From contig JBGARZ010000005.1 of the NCBI GenBank assembly GCA_044229975.1, positions 192,001-256,000 on the forward strand: a stretch of DNA of 64,000 bases. The letters are read 5' to 3'. The position numbers and the translations under genes were made by a program. This DNA comes from Polyangiales bacterium. GTDB taxonomy: Bacteria; Myxococcota_A; Polyangia; Polyangiales; Ga0077539. Position 1 is the first letter of the stretch. The number at the start of each line of letters is the position of its first letter. The notes under the pieces were generated by a model, which saw nothing but the letters and a program-made list of their open reading frames with translations, searched no databases and was not told the origin of the DNA. This document shows positions 49,168 through 57,487 of this stretch, in pieces.

Positions 49168-51303
49168 ATGCGCCCGTGGGGATGGACACTTGCGCTGCTG
49201 ATGGGCTGCATGCGGGCGCACCCGATGGCGTCCGCGACCGCACCGACGCCACCGACGCCACCGACAACCGCATCGCCTGCCTTCAGTTGTCGCGGACCAG
49301 CGCCTCCGCCCATCCCTGCGCGGCCGCGCCACTCACCCTCGCCGCCGGGTCGGCTCGTGATCCAGCGGCTCGCACTCCCTTCCGCGACACCTCGCGCGCG
49401 CACGGAGGGAGAGCCGACCCTGCCCTTCGCGGGTCTGCGTCTGCGCGTCGTCGCCGAGAACACCCCCCTCCCGCGCTTCGCCGCGGCCCTCGCGGAGGCG
49501 ATCGGCTTCGGGGTGATGGTTCCGCTCGACGCGTACGACCTCCAGGTGACGGTCGCCTCGCCCGATGTGAGCGTCGACGATCTGCTCAGGACGCTGCGGT
49601 TCGTCGGCGTGCGACACCGCCTCGACGCCCACGACCCGCACCGACCGCCGCGGCCCGACGAGGGACAGCACGGTATCGACGCCGAAGGAGTGCTCCGCCT
49701 GGACGCCGCGGAGACGCTCGCCGCCGCGGCCGTCCGCGCCGTCCACGCGGACCGGTACAACACCACGCGGCGAGTGTTCGCGCCGCGCGCGGGCCTACGC
49801 TTCGCGGAGGTCGCCCGGTACTACTGCGACCGGCTGGCGTCGCCCTTCGGGGCCGCCGACGTCGTGGAGGGGCGCCTCATCGTGACCGACCTCGCGCCCC
49901 GCATCGAACAGGCCGAAGGGCTGTTGCACTCGCTCGAAACCCACGACGCGCCCGCGACGCCAACGCCGCCGTTCAGTTGTGGCAACCCCCCGCGGGTGTC
50001 CCCGCTCTCGTCCGAGCTCGACGCCGTCCCGCTCTTCGCGCGACCGCCCGATCCGCCCGCTGGGAGCCTCGTCGTCCAGCGGTTGCCGGGTCCGCTCGGC
50101 GCCCTCCTTCCGCGAGAGCAGAGCGAACCTCCGCCGGCATCGTACGCGGGCGTACGACTGCGGGTCGCGGCGGAGGCCGTCCCCCTCTGGCGCTTCGCGC
50201 AGGCGCTGTCGGAGACGCTGCGGATCACGGTCGCGGTCGCGCCCGGGAGCCTCGACGAGACGGTGACGCTCGCCTGGCCCGACGTGACCGCCGAGCGATT
50301 GCTCCGCGTGCTGCCGGACGTCGAAGGCATCGGAGACGCGCTCGTCCTGGGCGACGGCTCCGACTACCACGCCCGGCGCAACCTGGTGGAAGGCCCCCCG
50401 CCCGCCGAGGAGACGCGGGCGTACTCGGTGCCCGCGGCGGTCCCGCCGGAGCTTGCGGCGCGGCTCTACTGCGAGCTGGACGGACCCGGGGGTGGCACCG
50501 CCGACGTCGTCGCCGGGCGGCTCGTGGTACGCAACTACGGGTGGTCAGCCGACCGCATCGAGGACGACCTTCGACGGCTCGCGGAGTTCGTCACCCAGCG
50601 TCACCGCGAGGAGAGACCGCTCTTCACCTGCCACGGGCCGCCCGAGCCCCCGCGGCCCACGCCGCCTCCATCGACCCTCCCCCTCCCCGCGCCGGGAAGA
50701 CTCATCGTCCAGCGGCTCCCGCTGCCGCCGGCGGTCGCGCAGCCGAGCGAGCACACCGATCGATCCCGGTACGAAGACCCGACGCCGTTGCCCTTCGGGG
50801 GCGTGCGACTGCGGATCGTCGCGGAGGGCGCCCCGCTCCGTCGCGTGGCGGTGGCGCTGTCGGAAGCGCTGCGAATGGGCGTCGTGTCGGGGGGAGACTG
50901 GCCCGAGCTGCCCGTGACCATCACCTCGTCGGACATCACCGTCGACCAGCTCTTCCCCGCCCTGGAGCACATCGGCGTGTTCGTCACCTTCCGAGAAAGC
51001 CTCGGCCTCCTGACCCTGGTGTCGCGCGAGCCGATCGGCTCACCGGTGGTCCGGATTCGCGGGTTCCACGACCCCATCATCGCCGAGACTCGCCTGATTC
51101 CCGTGGACCCCGGCGTGTCCGAAGAGGCGGTGGCGCGACACTACTGCGAGCGCCTGGCGTCCCCCATCGGCGCGGCCGCGTCGATCGGCGGCCTGCTGAT
51201 CGTGCACGACTACGGTGATGTGCTGAGCCGCGCCGAGCTCCTCGTCCGCGAGCTGGCGTCGCCGACCGCTCCCTCCGGCGATGCGGGTGCCGCCGCGCGT
51301 TGA
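49168..51303 (+). CDS. Lipoprotein with three secretin N0(STN)+N1(NolW-like) modules, no barrel
   Basis: Lipobox LMGC; 3x [F(S/T)C..PG.L.(I/V)QRL..(F/Y).G.RLR..AE..PL.R.A.AL.E..VT....DV..YC..G.L.V]. Confidence 0.7.
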   Translation: MRPWGWTLALLMGCMRAHPMASATAPTPPTPPTTASPAFSCRGPAPPPIPARPRHSPSPPGRLVIQRLALPSATPRARTEGEPTLPFAGLRLRVVAENTPLPRFAAALAEAIGFGVMVPLDAYDLQVTVASPDVSVDDLLRTLRFVGVRHRLDAHDPHRPPRPDEGQHGIDAEGVLRLDAAETLAAAAVRAVHADRYNTTRRVFAPRAGLRFAEVARYYCDRLASPFGAADVVEGRLIVTDLAPRIEQAEGLLHSLETHDAPATPTPPFSCGNPPRVSPLSSELDAVPLFARPPDPPAGSLVVQRLPGPLGALLPREQSEPPPASYAGVRLRVAAEAVPLWRFAQALSETLRITVAVAPGSLDETVTLAWPDVTAERLLRVLPDVEGIGDALVLGDGSDYHARRNLVEGPPPAEETRAYSVPAAVPPELAARLYCELDGPGGGTADVVAGRLVVRNYGWSADRIEDDLRRLAEFVTQRHREERPLFTCHGPPEPPRPTPPPSTLPLPAPGRLIVQRLPLPPAVAQPSEHTDRSRYEDPTPLPFGGVRLRIVAEGAPLRRVAVALSEALRMGVVSGGDWPELPVTITSSDITVDQLFPALEHIGVFVTFRESLGLLTLVSREPIGSPVVRIRGFHDPIIAETRLIPVDPGVSEEAVARHYCERLASPIGAAASIGGLLIVHDYGDVLSRAELLVRELASPTAPSGDAGAAAR

Positions 51304-51337
51304 CAGCGCGAACGTCGGCGCGGTGTGATCGGCGTCG
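51300..51337 (+). promoter_or_regulatory. Duplicated upstream element with TTGACA (copy 2)
   Basis: TTGACAGCGCGAACGTCGGCGCGGTGTGATCGGCGTCG-ATG has the same geometry as copy 1. The upstream gene's TGA lies inside TTGACA. Confidence 0.45.
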
Positions 51338-52081
51338 ATGCATCCCCGGGGATGGACCCTCGCGTTGCTCGTGGGCTGCACCCGTACGCTGCCGGTCGCG
51401 CCGACCCCCGCGCCCGCCGCCTCACCGCCGTACTTCAGTTGCCGCGGCCCCGCGTCGCCACCCGTCGTCACGCGCGCGCATCATCCGCCCGCGCCGCCGG
51501 GTCGGCTCGTGGTCCAGCGGCTCGCCCCCCCGCCCGGAACACCCCGCGCCCGTGAAGAGCACGACGACCCGCCGCTGCCCTTCGCGGGCGTGCGCCTGCG
51601 GGTGGTCGCCGAAAACGCCCCGATCGCACGCTTCGCGGCCGCCCTCGCGGAGGCGCTCGGCGTCGCGGTGATCGTGCCTCTCGACGCGCACGACCTCCAG
51701 GTGACGGTCTCGTCGCCCGACGTGACCGTCGACGATCTGCTCCGTCTGCTGCCGCTCGTCGGCGTCCAGCACGAGCTCTCCCCCAGGGGGTTGCTCCGCC
51801 TCGCAGCGACGGAGACGCTCAGCGAGGTGATCGCCCGCAACGAGTGGAGGAACGATCTCCGCACCGCGCGGCGGGTGTTCGCCCCGCGCGCGGGGGTGCC
51901 CTTCGCGGAAATCGCCCGGCACTACTGCGACCATCTCGCATCGACCCACGGGACCGCCGACGTCGTCGACGGGCGCCTCGTCGTGCACGACTTCGAGACG
52001 TACATCGAGAGCGTCGAGCGGCTGCTGCGGGCGTTCGAGTCGCGTGGCGCGTCGCAGGTGCGGCTGGGCGGCCGACCGTGA
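51338..52081 (+). CDS. Lipoprotein with one secretin N0+N1-like module
   Basis: Lipobox LVGC; close paralog of module 1 of the upstream gene. Confidence 0.7.
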   Translation: MHPRGWTLALLVGCTRTLPVAPTPAPAASPPYFSCRGPASPPVVTRAHHPPAPPGRLVVQRLAPPPGTPRAREEHDDPPLPFAGVRLRVVAENAPIARFAAALAEALGVAVIVPLDAHDLQVTVSSPDVTVDDLLRLLPLVGVQHELSPRGLLRLAATETLSEVIARNEWRNDLRTARRVFAPRAGVPFAEIARHYCDHLASTHGTADVVDGRLVVHDFETYIESVERLLRAFESRGASQVRLGGRP

Positions 52082-53565
52082 CGCCCCGACGACCGCGCGT
52101 CGGCGGATGGCTCCTCGCGTTGCTCGTAGGCTGCGCGCGACCCACGCCCGTCACCGTGACGCCCGCGCCCGCGACGCCGCCGTCCTTCAGTTGTCGGGGC
52201 AGCGGCAGGGCATCCATCTTCCGCCCCGCGCCTGTCCCACCGCCTCGTTTCGAGCGCCCGCCCGTCCCCGCGCCGGGGCGGCTCGTCGTCGAGCAGCTGC
52301 CGGGCCCGCCCGGTGCTCTCCTGCCGCGCGGCGAGGGCGAGCCACCGGCTCCGGTGTATGCGCGCGTGCGGCTGCGAATCGTGGCCGACGCGGTTCCGCT
52401 CCCGCGCGTCGCGGCGGCGCTCTCCGAAGCGCTCCGGGTCACCATCGCGGTCGCGCCCGAGGGCCTCGACGACGTCGTGTCCATCGTGTGGCCCGACGTG
52501 ACCGCCGAGCGCCTCTTCGAAGAGCTGCGCGGACGACGCAGCCGCGACGACGGGATCGTCCTGGGCGCCGACGAGTCTCACCTCGTCGAGCGCCCGCGGC
52601 GCAGCGAGCCCGACCTCTTCGAGACGCGGACCATGCAGACGGAACTCCCGTTGCCGCCTGAGCAGGCCGCGCGAATCTTCTGCGAGCAGGTCTCGTCCGA
52701 ACGGGGCGGCGCCGACGTGATCGCGGGCCGCCTCGTCGTGCACGACTACGAGCTGTCGGTCCGCCACTTCGAGGCCCTGCTCCAAGGCATCGCCGCGCTC
52801 CCGACGTCGCCCGACCGAGGTCCGACGACGCCGTTTGGCTGCCACGCCCCGGCGCCGCCGACCGCGCCGCCTGCCGCGCTCCGGCCGCTCCCTGTGCCCG
52901 GCGGAGTCGTGATCCAGCGCCTCCCGCTGCCACCAGCGGAGGCGGAGCGTCGCGAACCGCGCGCCCTGTCCCGGGAACCCGAACCGCCACTGCCCTTCGG
53001 CGGCGTGCGCCTGCGGGTGGTCGCCGAGAACGCTCCGCTGCGGCGCCTCGCGGTGGCGCTGTCGGACGCGCTGCACGTGGGCGTCGCGGCGGACGGAGAG
53101 TGGCCCGACCTGCCGGTGGCGATCGCTTCGCGTGACGTGACCGCCGACCGGCTCTTCTTCGCGCTGGAGCAGGTCGGCGTCGCCGTCGATTTCGACGAGC
53201 GCCTCGGGTTGCTTCAACTGCGCGCGTGGGAGCCGGTCGGCGAACCAGTGGTCCGGGTGCACGGACACCCACGATTCCGTGACTACGGCACCCGCGTGAT
53301 CGCCCTGCGTCGCGAGGCGTCAGGAGAGGCGGTCGCGCGCTACTACTGCGAGCGCATCGCCTCCGAGATCGGGTTGGTCGAGGTGCTCCGCGGCGGGCTC
53401 CTCGTGCGCGACTACGGAACGCAGTTGAGGAACATCGAGGCCTTCGTCGGATCGCTCGCGCCGCCCCCCACGACCCCGACGGCTCTTCCTGCCGACGCCG
53501 GGGTCACCGCGCCGCCCGAGCCCATCCGACCGCGCGATACGGTCACCCTCTCGGGACGTCGATGA
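52078..53565 (+). CDS. Lipoprotein with two secretin N0+N1-like modules
   Basis: GTGA overlap; lipobox LVGC; modules resemble modules 2 and 3 of 49168-51303. Confidence 0.7.
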   Translation: MTPRRPRVGGWLLALLVGCARPTPVTVTPAPATPPSFSCRGSGRASIFRPAPVPPPRFERPPVPAPGRLVVEQLPGPPGALLPRGEGEPPAPVYARVRLRIVADAVPLPRVAAALSEALRVTIAVAPEGLDDVVSIVWPDVTAERLFEELRGRRSRDDGIVLGADESHLVERPRRSEPDLFETRTMQTELPLPPEQAARIFCEQVSSERGGADVIAGRLVVHDYELSVRHFEALLQGIAALPTSPDRGPTTPFGCHAPAPPTAPPAALRPLPVPGGVVIQRLPLPPAEAERREPRALSREPEPPLPFGGVRLRVVAENAPLRRLAVALSDALHVGVAADGEWPDLPVAIASRDVTADRLFFALEQVGVAVDFDERLGLLQLRAWEPVGEPVVRVHGHPRFRDYGTRVIALRREASGEAVARYYCERIASEIGLVEVLRGGLLVRDYGTQLRNIEAFVGSLAPPPTTPTALPADAGVTAPPEPIRPRDTVTLSGRR

Positions 53566-53576
53566 CGCCCGTCTGA

Positions 53577-54818
53577 CTACCCTCTACGAACGGCCCGCCC
53601 GCGACGCCGCGTCCACGCCAACGCGATCGCCGCCAGCACCGAACCCCACCCGGCGCCACCACCACTCGCACCGATCGTGCGGCACCCGCAGTCGCCACGG
53701 AGATCACCACCGAGGCCGCCGTCGATGCCGATCGTCGAGCTGTCGTCCGCCGCCACATCAACGACGCGCGCATCCCGAACGCCTAGGTCGTTGACCACGC
53801 CCGCGTCGTCTTCGATGGGTGCGCCCGCGTCGACGATCACCCCCGCATCCACCGTCGGCATCGGCGCCACGCAGCCCGTCGGAGTGCACGTCCTCCCCCC
53901 CGTCGCGCAGTCCTCCGACACCGGGCGCGTGCCGTCGCAGCGCACGAAGCGCGATCCCTCGCAGCGTGGCCCCGGCAGCAACGCCCGGCCCGACGCCGGA
54001 TCACACCGCAGGCAGTTGAAGCCCTCGGTGTCGTTCTGCCAGGCGCACACTCCTCCGCGGCCGAGGCACTCGGCCTCCATGGGCGCGCCGTCCATGCACC
54101 AGCGCAGCGTCTCGCCCTCGCAGCGCCCGCGGTAGTCGAGCGCGCCGCAGCTCGGGCCCGCCACGCGGGCGTACGCCTCGTTGCCGTAGGCGGCGGGTTG
54201 AATCCACTGGATGGTCACGCCACGGCACACCGACTGGCACCCCGGCGCATCGACGAAGGTCGACGACACCACCGACGCCCGAACATACGCCGGCGTCGGG
54301 CACCCCGGGTCGACCGGTCCGCCGCAGTAGTTGCGCGTCGTCGCGAGGTGCAGATGCAGATGTGCCCCGACGCCGCCCGTGTTGCCCGACAACCCGATGC
54401 GCGTTGTCGTGGTGACCGACGCGCCCACCGCCACGTCGATGCGCGACAGGTGCATGTACGTCACGAAGTACGTCGCGCCGAGGCCCGGCACGGTGCTGCC
54501 GTCGTGACGCACGCGCACCCACAGACCCGCGTTGCCGTAGTCCGCGGTGCGCGCGTCGTTGGGGTTGACCGCGTCCACCACGCCCGGCGCCACGGCGTAG
54601 AGGGCGGTGCCCACGCCCATCGCGACGTCGTAGCCGTTGTGCGTTCCGCAGCCCTCGCGGCCGCCGCAATAGGTGATGTAGTCGCCGTAGTAGCCCTGCG
54701 TGAGCCGCGCCCGCGCCGCGGTGCCGCGGTCGACCGGCCAGTGCATCCACCCTTGGGCCTGGGCCTCGGCGCCCGCGAGCAGAACGGCGACGGCGAGAGC
54801 AACGGTCGAACGAGGCAT
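53577..54818 (-). CDS. M23 metallopeptidase with Cys-rich repeats and MYXO-CTERM-like tail
   Basis: Signal peptide ending AQA; HNGYD, YMHL, SGNTG..HLHL; tail CGCRTIG..GWGSVLAAIALAWTRRR. Confidence 0.9.
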   Translation of the reverse strand: MPRSTVALAVAVLLAGAEAQAQGWMHWPVDRGTAARARLTQGYYGDYITYCGGREGCGTHNGYDVAMGVGTALYAVAPGVVDAVNPNDARTADYGNAGLWVRVRHDGSTVPGLGATYFVTYMHLSRIDVAVGASVTTTTRIGLSGNTGGVGAHLHLHLATTRNYCGGPVDPGCPTPAYVRASVVSSTFVDAPGCQSVCRGVTIQWIQPAAYGNEAYARVAGPSCGALDYRGRCEGETLRWCMDGAPMEAECLGRGGVCAWQNDTEGFNCLRCDPASGRALLPGPRCEGSRFVRCDGTRPVSEDCATGGRTCTPTGCVAPMPTVDAGVIVDAGAPIEDDAGVVNDLGVRDARVVDVAADDSSTIGIDGGLGGDLRGDCGCRTIGASGGGAGWGSVLAAIALAWTRRRGRAVRRG

Positions 54819-54918
54819 CGACGGACCATACCGCGGAGTGGTTGCGAGAGCGGCAACCTGGGGTTGAGCGAACCGCCGGTGCCCGAAGCCCCGGAGGCGA
54901 CGTACGATGCCCTCCATC

Positions 54919-56043
54919 ATGGATCGACGATCACTCCTCGGCGCGATCGCGACCGCGCCCGTCGCAGCAGCCTGCAACCGCGCGGTGACCACCCTCACCC
55001 CGCCCAACGAAACGGTGTCCCCCGTGAACGAAGATGTCGTCCGCACCATCGAGCCGCTCGCGTTTCCCTGGCAGACGCCGGACCCCTTCCTGTTCTGCGT
55101 GCATCACGATGACGCGTACCCAGCGGGCAACGAGCAGATGGGCCCCGCGGCCTCGCTCGCGGGCCGCAACATCGGCAGCGACTTCGCCGGCATCGACGGC
55201 TGGCGCATGTATCACGGCGACGTGGTGCCGGGCTTCCCGCAGCACCCGCACCGCGGCTTCGAGACGGTGACCGTGGTGCGCCGCGGGCTCATCGATCACA
55301 GCGACTCGCTCGGGGCCGCCGCGCGCTACGGACACGGCGACGTGCAGTGGCTCACCGCGGGGCGCGGCATCGTGCACGCCGAGATGTTTCCGCTGCTCGA
55401 CCGCAACGCCGCCAACCCGACCGAGCTCTTCCAGATCTGGTTGAACCTCCCCGCCGTCGACAAGATGGCCGAGCCCCACTTCACCATGCTCTGGAACAAC
55501 TCCATCCCCCGCCACACCGCCCACGACGCCGCCGGTCGCGCGACCGAAGTCACCCTCGTCGCGGGTCACCTCGGCGAGACGCGTCCCCCGTCGCCGCCGC
55601 CGAAGTCGTGGGCCTCGCGCCCCGACAGCGACGTCGCCATCTGGACCCTCAAGATGGCCCCGGGCGCGCGCTTCACGCTCCCGACCGTCGCCGCGGGCAC
55701 CAACCGAACGCTCTACTTCTTCCGCGGTCAGCGGGCGCGCGTGGGCAACCGGGAGGTTCCGGCGCAGCACGCGGTGAAGCTCCGCGACACGGTCGCTGCC
55801 GTGGTGGAGAACGGCCCCGACGAGGGAGAGTTTCTGTTGCTCCAGGGCAAGCCCATCGGCGAGCCCGTCGCGCAGCACGGGCCCTTCGTGATGAACACCC
55901 GCGCGGAGATCCAGCAGGCCTTCGCGGACTACCAGCGCACGCGCTTCGGCGGCTGGCCCTGGCCCAGCGACGGGCCCGTCCACGGTCGCGACGGGAGCCG
56001 CTTCGCGCGCCGCCCCGACGGCACCATCGAGCGCTCGGGATAG
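54919..56043 (+). CDS. Pirin family protein with possible Tat/lipoprotein leader
   Basis: DPFL, GFPQHPHRGFETVT, HSDSLG, VQWLTAGRGIVHAE, FQIWLNLP, GPFVMN; leader MDRRSLLG..AAAC. Confidence 0.9.
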   Translation: MDRRSLLGAIATAPVAAACNRAVTTLTPPNETVSPVNEDVVRTIEPLAFPWQTPDPFLFCVHHDDAYPAGNEQMGPAASLAGRNIGSDFAGIDGWRMYHGDVVPGFPQHPHRGFETVTVVRRGLIDHSDSLGAAARYGHGDVQWLTAGRGIVHAEMFPLLDRNAANPTELFQIWLNLPAVDKMAEPHFTMLWNNSIPRHTAHDAAGRATEVTLVAGHLGETRPPSPPPKSWASRPDSDVAIWTLKMAPGARFTLPTVAAGTNRTLYFFRGQRARVGNREVPAQHAVKLRDTVAAVVENGPDEGEFLLLQGKPIGEPVAQHGPFVMNTRAEIQQAFADYQRTRFGGWPWPSDGPVHGRDGSRFARRPDGTIERSG

Positions 56044-56045
56044 GC

Positions 56046-56065
56046 GTCGAAGAAAAATCTTCGAC
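56046..56065. other. Perfect 8-bp inverted repeat (terminator or operator)
   Basis: GTCGAAGA-AAAA-TCTTCGAC directly after the pirin stop; no U-tract. Confidence 0.4.
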
Positions 56066-56131
56066 CCCTCCGTAGGGACTCCAGAGGGCCGCGCGTCCGT
56101 AGAGATGTTCGCAACGCCCACGGAGGCCAAC

Positions 56132-56569
56132 ATGAACTCATCCACGCTCTTCGGCTCTGCCCTCATCGCCCTCTTCGGAACCGTCGCCCTCGGGTCGACC
56201 GACGCCCACGCGCAGCAGTTCAACCGCTTCGACCGCGGTCGCCCGGTCGTCGTCGCGCAGCCCGCGCGCCCCGTGATCGTCACGCAGCCCGCGCGCCCGG
56301 TCTTCGTCGCCCGCCCGGTGGCGCAGCCCGTGTACGTGCAGCCGGTAGCGCAGCCCGTGTACGTGCAGCCCGTCGCCGCCCAGCCGGTGTACCAGCAGCC
56401 GGTGTACGCCCCCCGGTATGTCCGTGGCCGCGATCTCCGCGCCCAGGCCGCCCGCGCCGAGGCGATGCGCATCCAGGCCATTCGCGAGGCCCAGCTCAGG
56501 GCGCAGCGCGAGGCGATGGAGCGGGCGCGCATGCAGGGCCGCGGCGCGTGGGGCCACAACCACCGCTGA
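56132..56569 (+). CDS. Secreted low-complexity protein with (A)QPVYV repeats
   Basis: SD GGAGG; signal peptide ending AHA; QPARPV and QPVYVQPVA repeats; Arg/Gln/Ala helix. Confidence 0.75.
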   Translation: MNSSTLFGSALIALFGTVALGSTDAHAQQFNRFDRGRPVVVAQPARPVIVTQPARPVFVARPVAQPVYVQPVAQPVYVQPVAAQPVYQQPVYAPRYVRGRDLRAQAARAEAMRIQAIREAQLRAQREAMERARMQGRGAWGHNHR

Positions 56570-56615
56570 GCGCACCACCGCGTGGCCCCGGATCGGCGCT
56601 ATAGCCTCCGGGGCC

Positions 56616-57365
56616 ATGAGCCCCTCGCTCCTCTCTCCTCGCTTCACTCCTCCCGACCAGCTCATCGACGCCCTCCGCCGCGACGGCTACGCGGTGCTCG
56701 CTCCCTCCGCTCTCGCGGCGTGGGGCCACGTCACCCCCGCCGCCCTCGACGCGCTCCGCCCCGACTGGAACGCCCTCCCCCTCGACGCCCACCTCCGCGA
56801 CGGCGGTCGCTACCGACGGCGTCGTCACTCGTGCTTCGTCGTCGACGCCGATGGGGTCGAGCCCGTCGCGCACCGCGCCCACTGGCAGCCCGTCGAGTAC
56901 AACGCGCTGCACGGCGGACTCCAGCGGTGGTTCGAGCCGATGCTCCCCGCGACCGTCACATCGCGCGACTGGAAGCTCCTCCTCCGCGCCCTCGCCGCCT
57001 CCGCGTCCGCGCTGCGCCCGGAGGTGTCGCGCTGGTACGTCGAGGCGCACCAGTTTCGCATCGACACCACCGACGGCATCGGCCGCCCGACACCCGAAGG
57101 CGCGCACCGCGACGGCGTCGACCTCGTGGCCGTCATGCTCGTCGACCGCGCGGGCGTGAAGGGCGGCGAGACGCGGGTGTTCGAGGCCGACGGTCCGCGC
57201 GGCGAGCGCTTCACCCTGACCGAGCCGTGGACGCTGCTGCTCCTCGACGACGCGCGGGTCATCCACGAGAGCACGCCGGTGCAGCCCACGAGCGACGACG
57301 GTCACCGCGACACGCTGGTCATCACGCTGCGCGCGGGAGCCTTCCAGGGCGCTGAGGTGCCGTGA
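56616..57365 (+). CDS. 2OG-Fe(II) dioxygenase (2OG-Fe_Oxy_2/BsmA-like)
   Basis: D..L.DGG.YR.RR, HWQ...YN.LHGG..RWF, EAHQFRI, PTPEGAHRDGVD, H..TP, RDTLV. Confidence 0.88.
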   Translation: MSPSLLSPRFTPPDQLIDALRRDGYAVLAPSALAAWGHVTPAALDALRPDWNALPLDAHLRDGGRYRRRRHSCFVVDADGVEPVAHRAHWQPVEYNALHGGLQRWFEPMLPATVTSRDWKLLLRALAASASALRPEVSRWYVEAHQFRIDTTDGIGRPTPEGAHRDGVDLVAVMLVDRAGVKGGETRVFEADGPRGERFTLTEPWTLLLLDDARVIHESTPVQPTSDDGHRDTLVITLRAGAFQGAEVP

Positions 57366-57487
57366 AGGCAGGGCGCGCGGAGTGTGCGCGGCTCTCCGCG
57401 CAGCGCGGCGGATTCATACATTGAAGAGCCCTTGGCGGTGCCGCTACGGTGGAGTTGTCGCTCCACCTGCGAGGAGGTTGACCGCCC

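Noticed and set aside
57421..57450. Sigma70 promoter TTGAAG-N18-TACGGT before the kinase
   Set aside because: Weak match in both boxes with non-optimal spacing; not distinguishable from chance.
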